NCBI GenBank assembly: GCA_036172245.1
Contig: JAYWIR010000006.1
Location: 3,720,001-3,784,000 of the forward strand
From: Raillietiella orientalis
Lineage: Eukaryota
Reading direction: 5' to 3'
DNA length: 64,000 bases
Under the pieces are notes generated by a model. That model was given only the letters and a program-made list of their open reading frames with translations, did not search any database and was not told the origin of the DNA. Position numbers and translations under genes: made by a program. Position 1 is the first letter of the stretch. Each line of letters opens with the position of its first letter. Shown here piece by piece: positions 1-11,094 of this stretch.

Positions 1-507
1 TGCTTCCGCACATGCAGCATAACGAAGAATAAAATCTCGACAACGAGTTGTTTGTCCAGTCTTAACTGTAGAAGTTAAATCTGTTAAGGGCAATCTTAAA
101 AATGGGTTAATATCCATATTTCTGCAACTAATTTACCACGGTTGGGTCTTAAAATACGTCCCGCACGATTACCAGCTGACGGGCAATATAATTATTCATT
201 GAGATGAAACTTGTTTTAACAATTGTAGCGATCGTTATTTCATCGTCCTAACTGGGCTCAACAGGTTCATACAGTTAAATAAACAACTACTTCGATATTG
301 CGCCCACTATTTTCAGAGGTTTTCATCCATGTGGAAACAATTTACAACTTTATCACCTACTTTACTGTAACAGCAAACATCAAACCAATGCTCCAATAAT
401 CGCGCATGGCTTAACCTTGCTGAAAATCAGTAGCAGTCCAGGAAAATAGGAAAACTCTTTCGACTATCTAGTACGAAAAGACAAATAGAACCAAACAAGA
501 AGTACAC

Positions 508-3500
508 TAGGGCGTTGGTGTTCCGCATCTTTGCCCTTCTTATCACGATACTCGTGAAGGGAGCGATGGTAATGCCCACCATGGGAACGGGTATCGGGGA
601 ACGTTCCCGTTCCTTTCAAACATTACCTCCAAGATCCTCATCTTTGTTTTCGCATGCAGGCCGGGCACCACCTTCTGCTTTCTCTAATTTTGATACAGCA
701 TAGGGCAGGTGAGAACGTGAAGCTGGTTTACCTGTCTCCACATGACTTGCAGAGCTCATCTTGGCTGTTGCCTGTCCAATATTTATGTCTGGAGCCACTG
801 AGAATTCCTCCGTGGTAGAACATGAGAACGTCATCCTGAGTGTCCGATAGTAGGTCGCTCCTCCATATCGTTGTGCTAACCACTAGCAGGTTCACATTCC
901 GAATCATCCCATAGCAGTTGGCAGCCTTGCCCAATGAGTCATTTTCTTTTTGCTTGTCCTTCATTTTCTCGCGGATGTTGGCCATGGTAATCAGACACCA
1001 CGTATTGGTTGCCTGATGAGTCTAGAGTTTGTGGGTACTCTGACTGAATCTTCCCGTTATTCTTGTGATGCAGCAGTGCAGTCGCGTTCTGTGACAGCTG
1101 CTACTCTGGACGAAGTGTTCGTAGTCATGGATGGTCATTCTTGGCCTTTGGAATATGCATTTCCAGGTGTTCCAGGAACCTTATAAAGTGCGGGATCACC
1201 ATTACCGGTTCTTTCTGCCACCATTCCTTGATTCGAGGCACGATTTTGAAGCGTTGAGCCATCACCAGTGCCTGCTTGCTCTTCTAGGTGGGGTCGATTT
1301 CCCCCCAGTCTCCATGTTTGCCTATGAGGACTCACGCCAGAACTTTCGACTTGTTGACCAGCTTCGAGTAGGCTCTCTGGCCCCAGTCGTTGATGAGATC
1401 CAGGAGTTGTGACACATCCACGTCGTCCATAGATTGTTGCTGCGATTTCAATCCCGGTCCCCTCTTCCCTCAGGCGCACAAGAGTGTGAGCCTAGCCCGC
1501 AGTTTGAACTTCTACAGAAGCTTCCGCTACATCTGTTCCACTTCCATGCTTGTCTTGTTCATTCGTCAGAAGGCGACCCGAAGAATACCTTCGGAAGGAG
1601 CACGTTGTTCCAAAAGCTAGTCCTCTGCTTCATGGTGAAGTCGATGTGGATGTTTCTTGTTGCTTCCTTTCCGAGTTTTCCCAAGATTTCTTTTCACTGG
1701 ATTGACAGAGCGGATGCAGCCCCGATGTGGATTTTCAGGTACTTGATGTCGTCCACCACTTGGAATCCTGTCTCCATTAATGTGGAGAGGTACAGGGCAG
1801 CAGTTGTGACTTCTGAGCGTTGATCTTCAAGTCCAATCCGTTTTCCATGGACTCGACTACACTGAAGAACGCATGTCGATCCCTCTCACCCTTCAGGAAG
1901 AAGGGAAGATTGTCCGCATACTCCAGGTGAGTGAGTCTCTCGTCGTCAATGACGATGCCTAAGGGGCCGCTTCTGTCGATCAGGGACAACACGGCCTCCA
2001 TGTAGCTCATAATCAGCATATGATTCCCCTTTCCATCTGAATTGCGTCTGTGTCTTCCATCGACTGAATCTTGCATTGCTGGTCTTACAATGTCATGGTG
2101 CTGTACTTGCTGAAGCATCCTGGGTAGCGCAGTTTCCTCAATATCTTCGGCAAAATTCCGTGATCGACGCTGACGAAGGCATTCCCTATAGCGGTGAAGC
2201 CCAGCACCAGGTTGTCGCTGAGGTATCACATGTAAACTGTGATCGCCTGGGCACGCCTCACGCTGTCAGACACGCGGAGTCCGGACAACGCGCATGTCTG
2301 CATTGGAGAGATCGTCGATTGCAACGTCGCACTTAAGCGGTTGACCCGGATCTTTGCTAGTCACTTGGCGCCCGTGTTCAGAATGAAGATTGGCTTCCAA
2401 TGAGTGACCTTCGACAGGTCGCCTCTCTTGGACAGCAGTCGCATCCTGCTTCCCGTGGAACGATTCCGGGAGCTTCCGTTCTTTCTGCACGCGAGGCATG
2501 AGCTCGTGGAACAGGCTTACAAGTAACGCTGATCGTGCGAAGCGATACGCTATCGGGGCCTGCTGCCACATCTTTGTGGAGTTCCGTGAGAGCTCTCTTC
2601 ACTTCATCAATGAACGTTTTCTCTTCCAGCCGTTCTTTCTTCTGGAGAGATAGTCGTTCTTGCAGGAATCGCAAAGAGACATCCTACTCTTCCCTTGACA
2701 GGTTCTGACTTCGGAAGTGGAAGACAGTGATCTTGGAATGTCCTCCACGATAACTTCCGACGTGTGGCGCAACTTGTCTTCGTACTGGATGCAGAAGATG
2801 TTTGTTGGCAAAGTGCGGAGAGAGACATGAATGAGGCGTGCAGGAGGAGAACCTCCTGCACGCCAACTTCTCTTTTGACAGATAGGAAGAACTGCTGTCT
2901 CTTGTACTGATTTCATGACCTCGAGAGGGAGTAGTCTGGGATGTTCGACTCTCACTACGCTTCCTGCCGTATTGCATGTTTGTAAAGAGATGGATTGTGT
3001 TTCAACCGGTTCCAGTCGTCGACTCTGCGGATGATAGTGTCCCGCAGGATCTCCTTGATGAGTTGCCAGTGACCGGGAAACGTGGCACACCATTCGAGCA
3101 TGCAGATGACCACTGTCATGAAGCCACTGTTCCGCCGAGGGTTTTCTATCTTCGAGGTGAACCGCAGCAGTGAGTGATTTGAGAGCAGGGTTTGAGTATC
3201 CCGGAAACCCTGAATGCAGGCCCCTACGTCCTCACTGTACAAAACTTGGTCAATCGGCTTGTGGCTGGTTGTTAGACACTGCAGTCCGAACTCGCCGTAC
3301 TGCGGCCAATACGTCCCTCCTCTAGCCCATGTGTCCTGCGTTGGTCTGCATGTCTTCGGGTGTTCAGGTCTCCCATGTGACGACGATGCGTGACTCTGCT
3401 GCGCAGCAAACATCTGCACGGCTTCCGCGGATCTATGTTTTTCGTAATGTGGCCCGTACACGTGAATCAGGAACAGCTGGACCTGACCAGGACATCAGAA

Positions 3501-3797
3501 CTCCGACGATGCAGTCGGGCCACAAGGAAAAGGACACCAGGACGGTGGACGCCATGTCGTTCTTCACGAGGATAGGCCCTCCTTTCGTCTTCTCTTCCGG
3601 GCTCATGAACAGCTGCTCGTCCAGACGTCCATCCAGTTCGAGGCTGATTTGGTGCCCATCTCGTGGGTTTCCTGCAGACACACGATGTCGTCGCTCTCGA
3701 TGTTCTGTGTGATCCTTTTCTTCTCCTGGATCCACAATCCACTGATGTTCCCGGAAGCGATTTTCGGACTCCTGCTGACGACGGGAAGGAGTTGATC
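508..3797 (-). pseudogene. ORF2 of element A (APE endonuclease + reverse transcriptase + zf-RVT), disrupted
   Basis: Fragments in track ORFs 2955-3461, 2378-2674, 1777-2229 and 728-985 are collinear with, and clearly homologous to, ORF2 of element B. Confidence 0.88.
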
Positions 3798-3804
3798 GGG
3801 ATTT

Positions 3805-5250
3805 GAAGGAGAAAGCTCCTAATCTTCTTTTTCTTCTTGGGAGGAGTCGATTGGTTGCTCCCAGCAGATTTTTCATCCGCGATGTTACTCCCAAACTCCT
3901 CAAAGTCGGATGTTTCTTCGTTATCCTTCTCCCGGACTAGACGGGCAGCACTGGTTCCTCTCCGGGAGTAAGGTAAGTCGAACCAGCTCAACTATTTTGT
4001 CTTTTGTCATGTCCAGCATGTGCTCAGCTTGCATCCGCATCTTCCCGTTCACTATTGTTTTTACGATTTCGTCGTGAAGCGCGAAGATGCGGAACCGAAC
4101 CTTTTTCCGCTTTATCCGGACGAGAAGCTTTTACGAGTATGGCCAATTCTTGCTCATACTCGGACGTTATGCTTATGCTTCTCCTCTTCGGTCGCGACGC
4201 TTTCCGCCGCCGCTACTAGAGGAGAAGTTTTTCCCCTACTTGCTGCGCCCTCTTGTGTTTGTTCTTCTTCTTTGGCTGGGCTTCTGGGAGACCTGGGTTA
4301 GTGGCGGCTCTAAGGAGCTCCACTTTTTTTTTGTTCTGCTCCTCTTGTTCCTTCGACAACAGTGCAGGCAGAGGAGTCAACTCCTGCGCCACAAGACACG
4401 CCGGGTACTTCTGGCATTCACGCTTAACGTGCTTCGATATTTTGCAGCGGTACCACTACGGAGGCCTCGTGCAATCTCGAATAAAGTGGCCCTATTGGCC
4501 CCACTTGAAACAACGTGCCTCCTGCTAAACGCTAAGCCTGTGTTCGAACTGCTTGCAGCCCGTGCAAAACATGCAAGAGATATCAGACCTGCACGTGTTG
4601 GGACTGCTGGTCGATGAACACTACCCCTGGGATTTTGGCATCGTCGAATAGCTCGATGCGGACCACGGCTTCTCCGACGATCTTCTTCATGTGGTTTCGA
4701 AACACAACCTTTTGAACTTCGCCGCACTGGGGGGAAAATTCCCACACGTCTTCCTGGTCGGAGAAGCCGTGCACACCGGTCAGGTAGGGTGTTGTGGCAA
4801 AGAGTTCTCCCACGCCACGCAAATGCCTCCCATCTAATATAATGCCCTGTTATATGAGACCTCTTTCAGTTCTTCGTGCGCGATGTAAACCGCGAAGCCG
4901 ATCGCGGACGGAACGATGACCTCAATCAATTTGAAATCCACATATTTACTGTGGAGCACGACGTGGACGTCTTTCACGTTGGATAGATACATCATCCCCA
5001 TCTTGAGGATCTGCTTTACTCCAGGGTCAGTGTCCGTACCAGTTTCTTGACCCGGGAAATTTCGAACATGGCGAACTTCGTCGACCTCGCCATTGTCTCC
5101 ACAGCTGCCTTCAGCATTGTTGGCTGCAACTCTGCTTCCTTCGCGTAAGACAAGAGCGGCGGCAGCGGTGTTGCCATAGCTGGCGCGGTTACATCCTTGG
5201 AGGCAGTTGGCTGGAACACTTCCACTGGTGGGGGAGGTGGAGCCATGCAG
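3805..5250 (-). pseudogene. ORF1 (gag-like nucleic-acid-binding protein) of element A, disrupted
   Basis: N-terminal Pro/Ala-rich stretch with LSYA; RRM-like segment (GEVQKVVF...GEAVVRIEL...IPGVVFID); degenerate knuckles CTGCKQFEH and CFKWGQ*GHFIRDC near 4470-4575; basic C-terminus PPKKKKK just before ORF2. Confidence 0.75.
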
Positions 5251-5391
5251 TGTCCTGTTCATCGAGGGAGTACCTTCAATTGTTTCTCCTCCAAACTACA
5301 GGCAGTCCAGGGAGAGTCCGGAGCAATGGGGATACTGTCCAAGGGAAAGAAATGTTCACACACTTCAGAACTGTCCTTTTTCACTTTTTTG

Positions 5392-5555
5392 CAGGAGTCC
5401 GCGCGAAAGCATTCTCTCAACCTAAAAATTATATTTCTTAGTAACCTACGTTGGGGGTTATCGCAGAGATCAGTCCAATCTCCGTGCAATGATCGAGCCT
5501 CACTCTGGAGGAATTTTCACCATGACCAAGATTGTCCCCATTTCCGACAAGCGGT
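5392..5555 (-). ncRNA. U1 snRNA-derived sequence (variant or pseudogene) forming the 5' head of element A
   Basis: Minus strand reads ...CCTCCAGAGTGAGGCTCGATCATTGCAC...CTGATCTCTGCGATAACCCC...ATAATTTTTAGG...GCTTTCGCGC...CCTG. It has the U1 stem-loop II with the ATTGCAC loop, SL III, an Sm site, a terminal TTCG-type SL IV remnant, and a span of 164 nt. The canonical 5' ACTTACCTG is not preserved. Confidence 0.85.
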
Positions 5556-5992
5556 GGGGTGAATTTATTAAACCAACAAAAGTCCTTACTCACTAATCAT
5601 GTACATTCACAATTTCACACTGTTTCTTGTCTTTGGAGTTCAATGCTTCTCCTCTTATACTATCTTTTCACTTTAGTTTTCGGGAGGTTAGGGGGCGGAG
5701 GGGTTCGTCCTTTGTGCCTGGGAGTACTCGTCCATCTTCATCAGGATGTAACGGTACTTCCAGGCGGCGATCCTGCCGCAGCTCCTGATCCCGATTTCCT
5801 TCCGAACAAGGCCACTGAGGATGTCCCAAGCCGGCAATTGTCGTCGCAGGGTATACATCTTAGCCCTTCTTATCACAATAGCTGTGATGAAGAGGGCCAG
5901 CGTAGTCAAAACCATCGGGTTGTAGAGGGGAACAACTCCTCTCCCCTGATACAATCCCCACAGGATCTCCATTACAGTCTTCCTCTGCAGGC

Positions 5993-6008
5993 ACGTCACC
6001 GCCTTCAC
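5993..6008. repeat. Left 16-bp target-site duplication ACGTCACCGCCTTCAC
   Basis: Identical to 6938-6953. Confidence 0.95.
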
Positions 6009-6937
6009 AAAACATTAGGAGCAGCAACGAGAGGGCAACGTGGGAAGTGTCCTGCCTCATCCGAGGCAGGAGAAAACCTTTAAAGGCGTGGACGACTCGG
6101 GAGCTAACGGACGCTGCCACCCCGAGCGTCCCGCCTCACGGACTTGCGCGCTGGGGAGAGCTGCTCGCAATACCTCCGGAGGAGATGAAGTGGCCCCCAG
6201 CGTGTTGGGATATCGGCACCCTTCCGTTAAAGTGGCAGGAGACGACGTTGCTATTTCTGCACTGGGAACTGTTAAGCAGAGCACACCTGTCTCACTGGAA
6301 ACTGGGGAATGTGGATGCCCGCTGTGTCGAGTGTGGTGAAAGGGAAACCTTCCAGCATCTCACCCTCGAGTGTGTCGCCCTGGTTGGACTCTGGAGTCGA
6401 ATCGCCCCAATCCTCCATCTTCCAGTAGGCGACCCAAAGGAAATTTACCGCCGCCTCTTTCTGCGTGACGGCCTGCGCCCCGCAGCGTCTCTAGCAGTCC
6501 TCTGCTGCGTGCGCGGCATCGTGCAAAGGTGGCACGCGAGAAGAAGAGGCCCAAGATGCAGGGACGCCATCCACTGGACGACGATCTCTTTGGAGACGGT
6601 GACAAGATGGCGTCTACCTCCAACGATAAAAGATGAACTTGACTGCATCCTGAATAGGAAGCGGAGGACCGACCCAGGCGCCCAGTGATCCCTTCCCTGC
6701 CCCCCACTCCCCCATATAACTGTTTCCCTCCCCATTATTTCTCTTTTTGTTTCTTTTTGTTCCAGTTTCCCCTTCCCCGCGCCTCGGGAAAGGACCTAGC
6801 CGGTGTCGGCACCGGCTCCCGACACGTCTGCCAGCGTAGGAAAACCAAGAGTTTTCCCACAAAAACATATGATTGACTTTATTAACTAATTTAATATTAA
6901 TTAGATTAATGAATGCCCCGGCATATCCGGGTGACAA
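6009..6937 (+). mobile_element. 5'-truncated non-LTR retrotransposon (ORF2 C-terminus with zf-RVT plus 3' UTR), inserted antisense into element B
   Basis: Flanked by exact 16-bp direct repeats. The frame is open from about 6011 to the stop at 6688 and encodes CVECGERETFQHLTLEC...W. A pyrimidine-rich, hairpin-containing 3' UTR follows. Confidence 0.9.
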
Positions 6938-6953
6938 ACGTCACCGCCTTCAC
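6938..6953. repeat. Right 16-bp target-site duplication ACGTCACCGCCTTCAC
   Basis: Identical to 5993-6008. Confidence 0.95.
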
Positions 6954-9900
6954 CGCGTTCCAATCAGGTCGCAGCGTGGGGCAGGTGAGTACGTGGAGTT
7001 GAGTTTCCACTTCTCCACACGCCCTGCAGAATCCGTCATGCTGTCTCCCGGTCCAGTGCCTCAGTCTGGAACCACTCAGAATGCCTCCGTCGTAGAACAA
7101 CAGGAGGTCGTCCTGAGTGTCCGGGGGTAGGTCACTCCTCGTGAGTGCAGCCCCACGGCCAGCACATTGGCATGCGCCGGGCCGTAGCGGCTCGAGGCTG
7201 CGTTGAGGGCATCAGGGTCTTGGTGCTTCTTCGAGGTTTCCACCCTGATGCTATCTTTGGTCATGAGCAGCCACGACTGATTCGGCTGCTCCTTCCAAAG
7301 TTCCCGAGTGCGATGATGAAGGAACCCCGCAAGGTCGTGGTCAGGCGATGCAGTCTCAGTTAGTGCCTGCTGGCACTTTTAGCGAACTGCTCGCACCGTC
7401 GAATGTTAAGTCTTGGCCTTTGGTTCAACCAATTCACTGTCTCCCGTGGGATTGGGATAAAGCGAGGTATCACCATGGGCAGTTCTTCATCACAGATTTC
7501 GCAGCTCCGAGGCACGATTTTGAGCCCTTGGGTTCTCACCAGTGCCTGCTTGCGCTTCCATGTAGGGTCGATGCAAAGCCACTGTTCAGTGGCGCCTATG
7601 AGCGCTGACATCAGGCCCCTCGAGCTGTTCAACAGCTTGGAGTACGCCCGGTGCGCTGCATAGGGCCAGTCTTCCCAACTTCTGGTGAGATCCAGGAGTT
7701 GCGCGCATCCATGCTCTCCACGGAGTGTTGCAGCAGCTTCATCCCGGTCCCACTGTGCTCGCGAGGGCGGCACAGAAGTTTCAGCCGAACTCTGGGTCGA
7801 TATTCCCGCCAAAGGATCTTCCTCTGTAACCTCTCCAGTTCCGCCTTTGTCTTCTTGTCGATTCAGCAGAAGACCGCTCCGTAGAACTCGGACTACCTTG
7901 GGAAGGAGAACTCCATTTCACAAGGCAGCCCTCCGCTTCATGTTGAAGTCGACGCGGGTGTACTTGGTGGCTTCATCGGTGACCTTACCCAGGATCTCCT
8001 GCCACAGGCAGCGAGACGCGGTCTCGTCGCCTAAGCGGATTCCCAGGTATTTGACGGTGTCTGCCTCTCGGAATCCGGCCTCTTGCAGTGCGGAGAGGTC
8101 CATGATCCCGATTGGCAGCAGGTGGCTCTTCTGGATGTTGATTTTGAGTCCGAAACCTTTCTTCATCTGCTTGATCACACCTCGGAATGCTTCTTGATCT
8201 CGTTCGTCCTTCAGGAAGAACAGCAGATCGTCCGCCTACGCAAGGTGGGTCAGCTGTTGGCCGTGGATTCGGATTCCTTGGAGGTGGCTGCCCCGATCTA
8301 CAATCGCGGACACCACCTCCATGTAGAGCACGAACAGCATCGGGCCCAGGGCGTCGCCTTGGCGAACACCCCTTTCCATCCGAATTGCTGCCGTCTCCAG
8401 CCCGTTCACCTTGATCTTCACATGTTGTTCTCTCAAGGTTCATTCCAGGTAGTGCATGAAGAAGCTTGGGAAGCCCAGTTTCCTAAAGATCTTCAGCAGC
8501 ATCTCGTGGTCCACGGTGTCGAACGCCTTCTCCATATCCGTGAGCCCTAGAACCAGGTCTTCGCCTACGTATCGGCAATAACCGATGGTGGCCAGGGCGC
8601 ACTTCACATTCGCAGACATGCTTCATCCGGGCACCGCGCATGTCTGCTTGGGAGACACGACGGATGGCATCGCCATGCTTAAGCGGTTGGCCCAAATCTT
8701 GGTCAGCCACTTGGCATCCGTGTTGAGGATGGTGATCGGCCGCCATTGGGTGACTTCCAGGAGGTCGCCCCCCTTTGGCAGCAGTTTCATCCTTCCCTCG
8801 TGGAACGATGCAGAGAGTCTTCCTTCTTCCTGGATGGCGATTGTCAGTTCGTGGAACAAGCGAACGTAGGCGTGCAGGTACCGCCGATAGTGCGTGATGG
8901 GAACACTATCGGGTCCTGCCGCCACATCCTTGAGCAGTCCAGCGAATGCACTCTTGATTTCCTCAGGGGAGATCTTCTCTTCCAACTTCTCATGGTGTTC
9001 CTTCTTAACTCGCGGGTGCAGGTACCGCAGGATGTTCGCTTGTTCCGTCGGGCACAGATAACGCCGTCGGAATTGGGAGGCGTAATGGTGGTGGAAGGCC
9101 TCCGCGATGCCTTCCGACGTGTGCCTGACTTCGTCTGCGTGCCGGATGGAGAAGACGTCGCTGACGATGTTTTTCCTTTCCAGCACTCCAACTTCCCCTT
9201 TTACAGTCTTGAAGACGTACCGGTTCTCGTACTGGGGCCAGTATTTCGAGAGCGAGCGATCTTGCTGTCGTTCCAGCTCACGGTACGCTTCCGACCTCAT
9301 CTTTCTGTCGCCGAACTGCATGTTGCTAAACAAATGGATTGTCCGCTTCAACCTGTCCCAGTCGGTGACCCTGCGAATGGTGGTGTTGCGCAGGATCGCC
9401 TCGATCAAATCCTGGTGACAGGGATGCGTCTCGAACCATGCGGGCATGCATACTAATGCAGCCCGCGCGCCTTTCTTCCTTCGGGGGTTCTCCGTTTTCA
9501 ACGTGAATCGCAGCAAGGGATGATTCGAGAGTACGGATGGAGGCTCTCGGAAGCCCTGCACACGAATCGCGATGTCCTCGCTGAACAGGACGTGGTCGAT
9601 CGGCTTGCTGCTGGCGGTCAGCCATTGCAGGCCGAACTCGTCCGACAGCCACCGATAGGCCATTCTTCCCCGTGCATCTTTGGTCTGGGTGATGTTTTCC
9701 AGGATGTTGAAATCTCCCACGACGATCACGATGTCCTTTGCCGAGGCCTTGCTGCGTAGCAGAACCTGTACGGCCTCCACGCAGCGATGTTTGCCTCGGT
9801 GCGACCCCTACATGGTCACCAGGAACAGATGAACGTTTCCGGACCAGGACGTGCCTACTCCGACGATGCGGCCGGGACAAGGTGAAAAGGTTTCTAGGAT

Positions 9901-10164
9901 GGTGTGTGCGATCTCGTTTTTCACGAGAATCGCCACGCCTTTGGTCCTTTTGTGGCCCGGGCTCAGGAACAGCTGGGCGTCTAGTCGTCGTTCCAGCTCT
10001 GGGATGGTCCGATGTTCGAGCTCGTGGGTTACCTGAAGGCAGATGTGGTCACGCTCGATGGTCCGTGTGACCATCCGTCTCTTCTTCTGGTTCCGCAATC
10101 CATTCACGTTCCAGGAGATGATGTTGACGCTCCTGGCAGTCGACAGGAAGGTGGCCATCGGGGA

Positions 10165-10949
10165 TTAGTTGGAGGATCTGCTCTTCCTCTTGCTCCTCGT
10201 CTTCTTGGGGGACGTTGTCGTCCTCCTCTCTTCTCCATGCTGGTCACCCAAGTCACTTTCGGACCCGATATAGTCGGTGCTGTCGGCGACCGAGTGCCTC
10301 GTTTCGTTGTTAACGCTTTGCGGAATTGCATAAGGCAGCTCCTCAAGCTCCCAGCTGGCGTAGCGCTGTTTGATTTCCAGCATCCTGCTTTCCAATTCGA
10401 AGCGTTTGGCCTCGTCTGGAACGCGCTCGTTGATGGAAATCTCCACCCGGCAGATGCCTTCCAAAGTTTCCGCTCTTGCTTCCCTGGTTACTGCTTCCTG
10501 CACCATTTTCTGTACTTCTGCTACTTCTGCTGTCACGTTGGCAACTTCCGCCAACTCTGCAGCTGCTACTCCCACCACTTCCTTGGCTGGCTCGGCAACT
10601 TCCGCCGGCGCTTCCACTGTAGGTTGTGGTGCTGTCTTTCTTTTCCCCTTGGTGGGCTTCTTTTTCACTTCAGTGGGTTCTGCCGCCTTCCTGGCAGTCA
10701 GCTCGGCCGAAGGAGCCTTCTTTTTCTCTGCTGTTTCCACTTCTGGTTCCACCTGTAGTGGTGGCAACCTGTAGTGGCGGCTGCATTCGAATTGTAAGAT
10801 GGCGCCGCCGCTGCTGCCGCTGCGTACGACGACGGGTGGGTCGCTACGGGCGTCGCCGCGGCCGTTGAGACGGACGCCGCTCCCGCGCGCGCTGCATGCG
10901 GGCCTTCCGCCGATGCCGACGCAGGAGTGGAGACGTCCATCGCTTCCAT
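10165..10949 (-). pseudogene. ORF1 of element B, apparently internally deleted
   Basis: The N-terminal MEAMDVS...SSYAAAAAAAP frame joins out of frame near 10760 to an Ala/Glu/Lys-rich C-terminal frame ending KRKSRSSN* just before the ORF2 ATG. The RRM/knuckle core seen in element A is absent. Confidence 0.7.
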
Positions 10950-11094
10950 GTTCCCCCGGCGGGGCGAGTCCACTCTGGCAATGTCCTCCTCCGCACTCTG
11001 GGTTGTCGGGGAAAGTCCACTGTCTGTACGGGAAACAACACTTCTCACTCCACACTCAAAAACACTCTTTTATTCGAAACTTTATTCGAAACTC

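Larger units (their letters stand above)
380..5555 (-). mobile_element. Tx1/L1-clade non-LTR retrotransposon, copy A: full length but heavily degenerate, with U1-derived 5' head. 3' boundary approximate.
   Basis: On the minus strand, in order: U1-like head, ORF1 remnants (SYA motif, RRM-like segment, two decayed CCHC knuckles), AP-endonuclease remnants (IVCLQETH-like; KPIDQVLYSED...SNHSLL), RT remnants (LTHLEYADNLPFFL) and C-terminal zinc-finger remnant (CKSCGD). Many frameshifts and stops. Confidence 0.9.
5688..10158 (-). pseudogene. ORF2 of element B (APE + RT + zf-RVT), frameshifted and split by the nested insertion
   Basis: Track ORFs 9808-10158, 8623-9780, 8236-8436, 7918-8178, 7360-7812 and 6906-7100. 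The frame resumes at VKAVT in 5688-6008 once the insertion and one TSD copy are removed. Confidence 0.92.

Noticed and set aside
1..325. Minus-strand frame interrupted only by TAA/TAG, suggesting stop-codon reassignment
   Set aside because: About seven stops in ~108 codons is normal for AT-rich DNA, there is no recognisable homology, and other genes here use TAA as a stop.
371..379. CAGCAAACA, also at 11244-11252, as a TSD for the whole tandem array
   Set aside because: Only 9 bp, and the 3' end of element A is not defined, so it may be chance.
5392..5555. The U1-like sequences as functional spliceosomal U1 genes
   Set aside because: The 5' splice-site recognition sequence is lost, loop I is altered, head A has retrotransposon 3' UTR where a promoter should be, and head B lacks the 3' half of SL IV.
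6047..6688. A standalone antisense third ORF belonging to element B
   Set aside because: The exact 16-bp TSD and the resumed ORF2 frame show it is a separate nested insertion.
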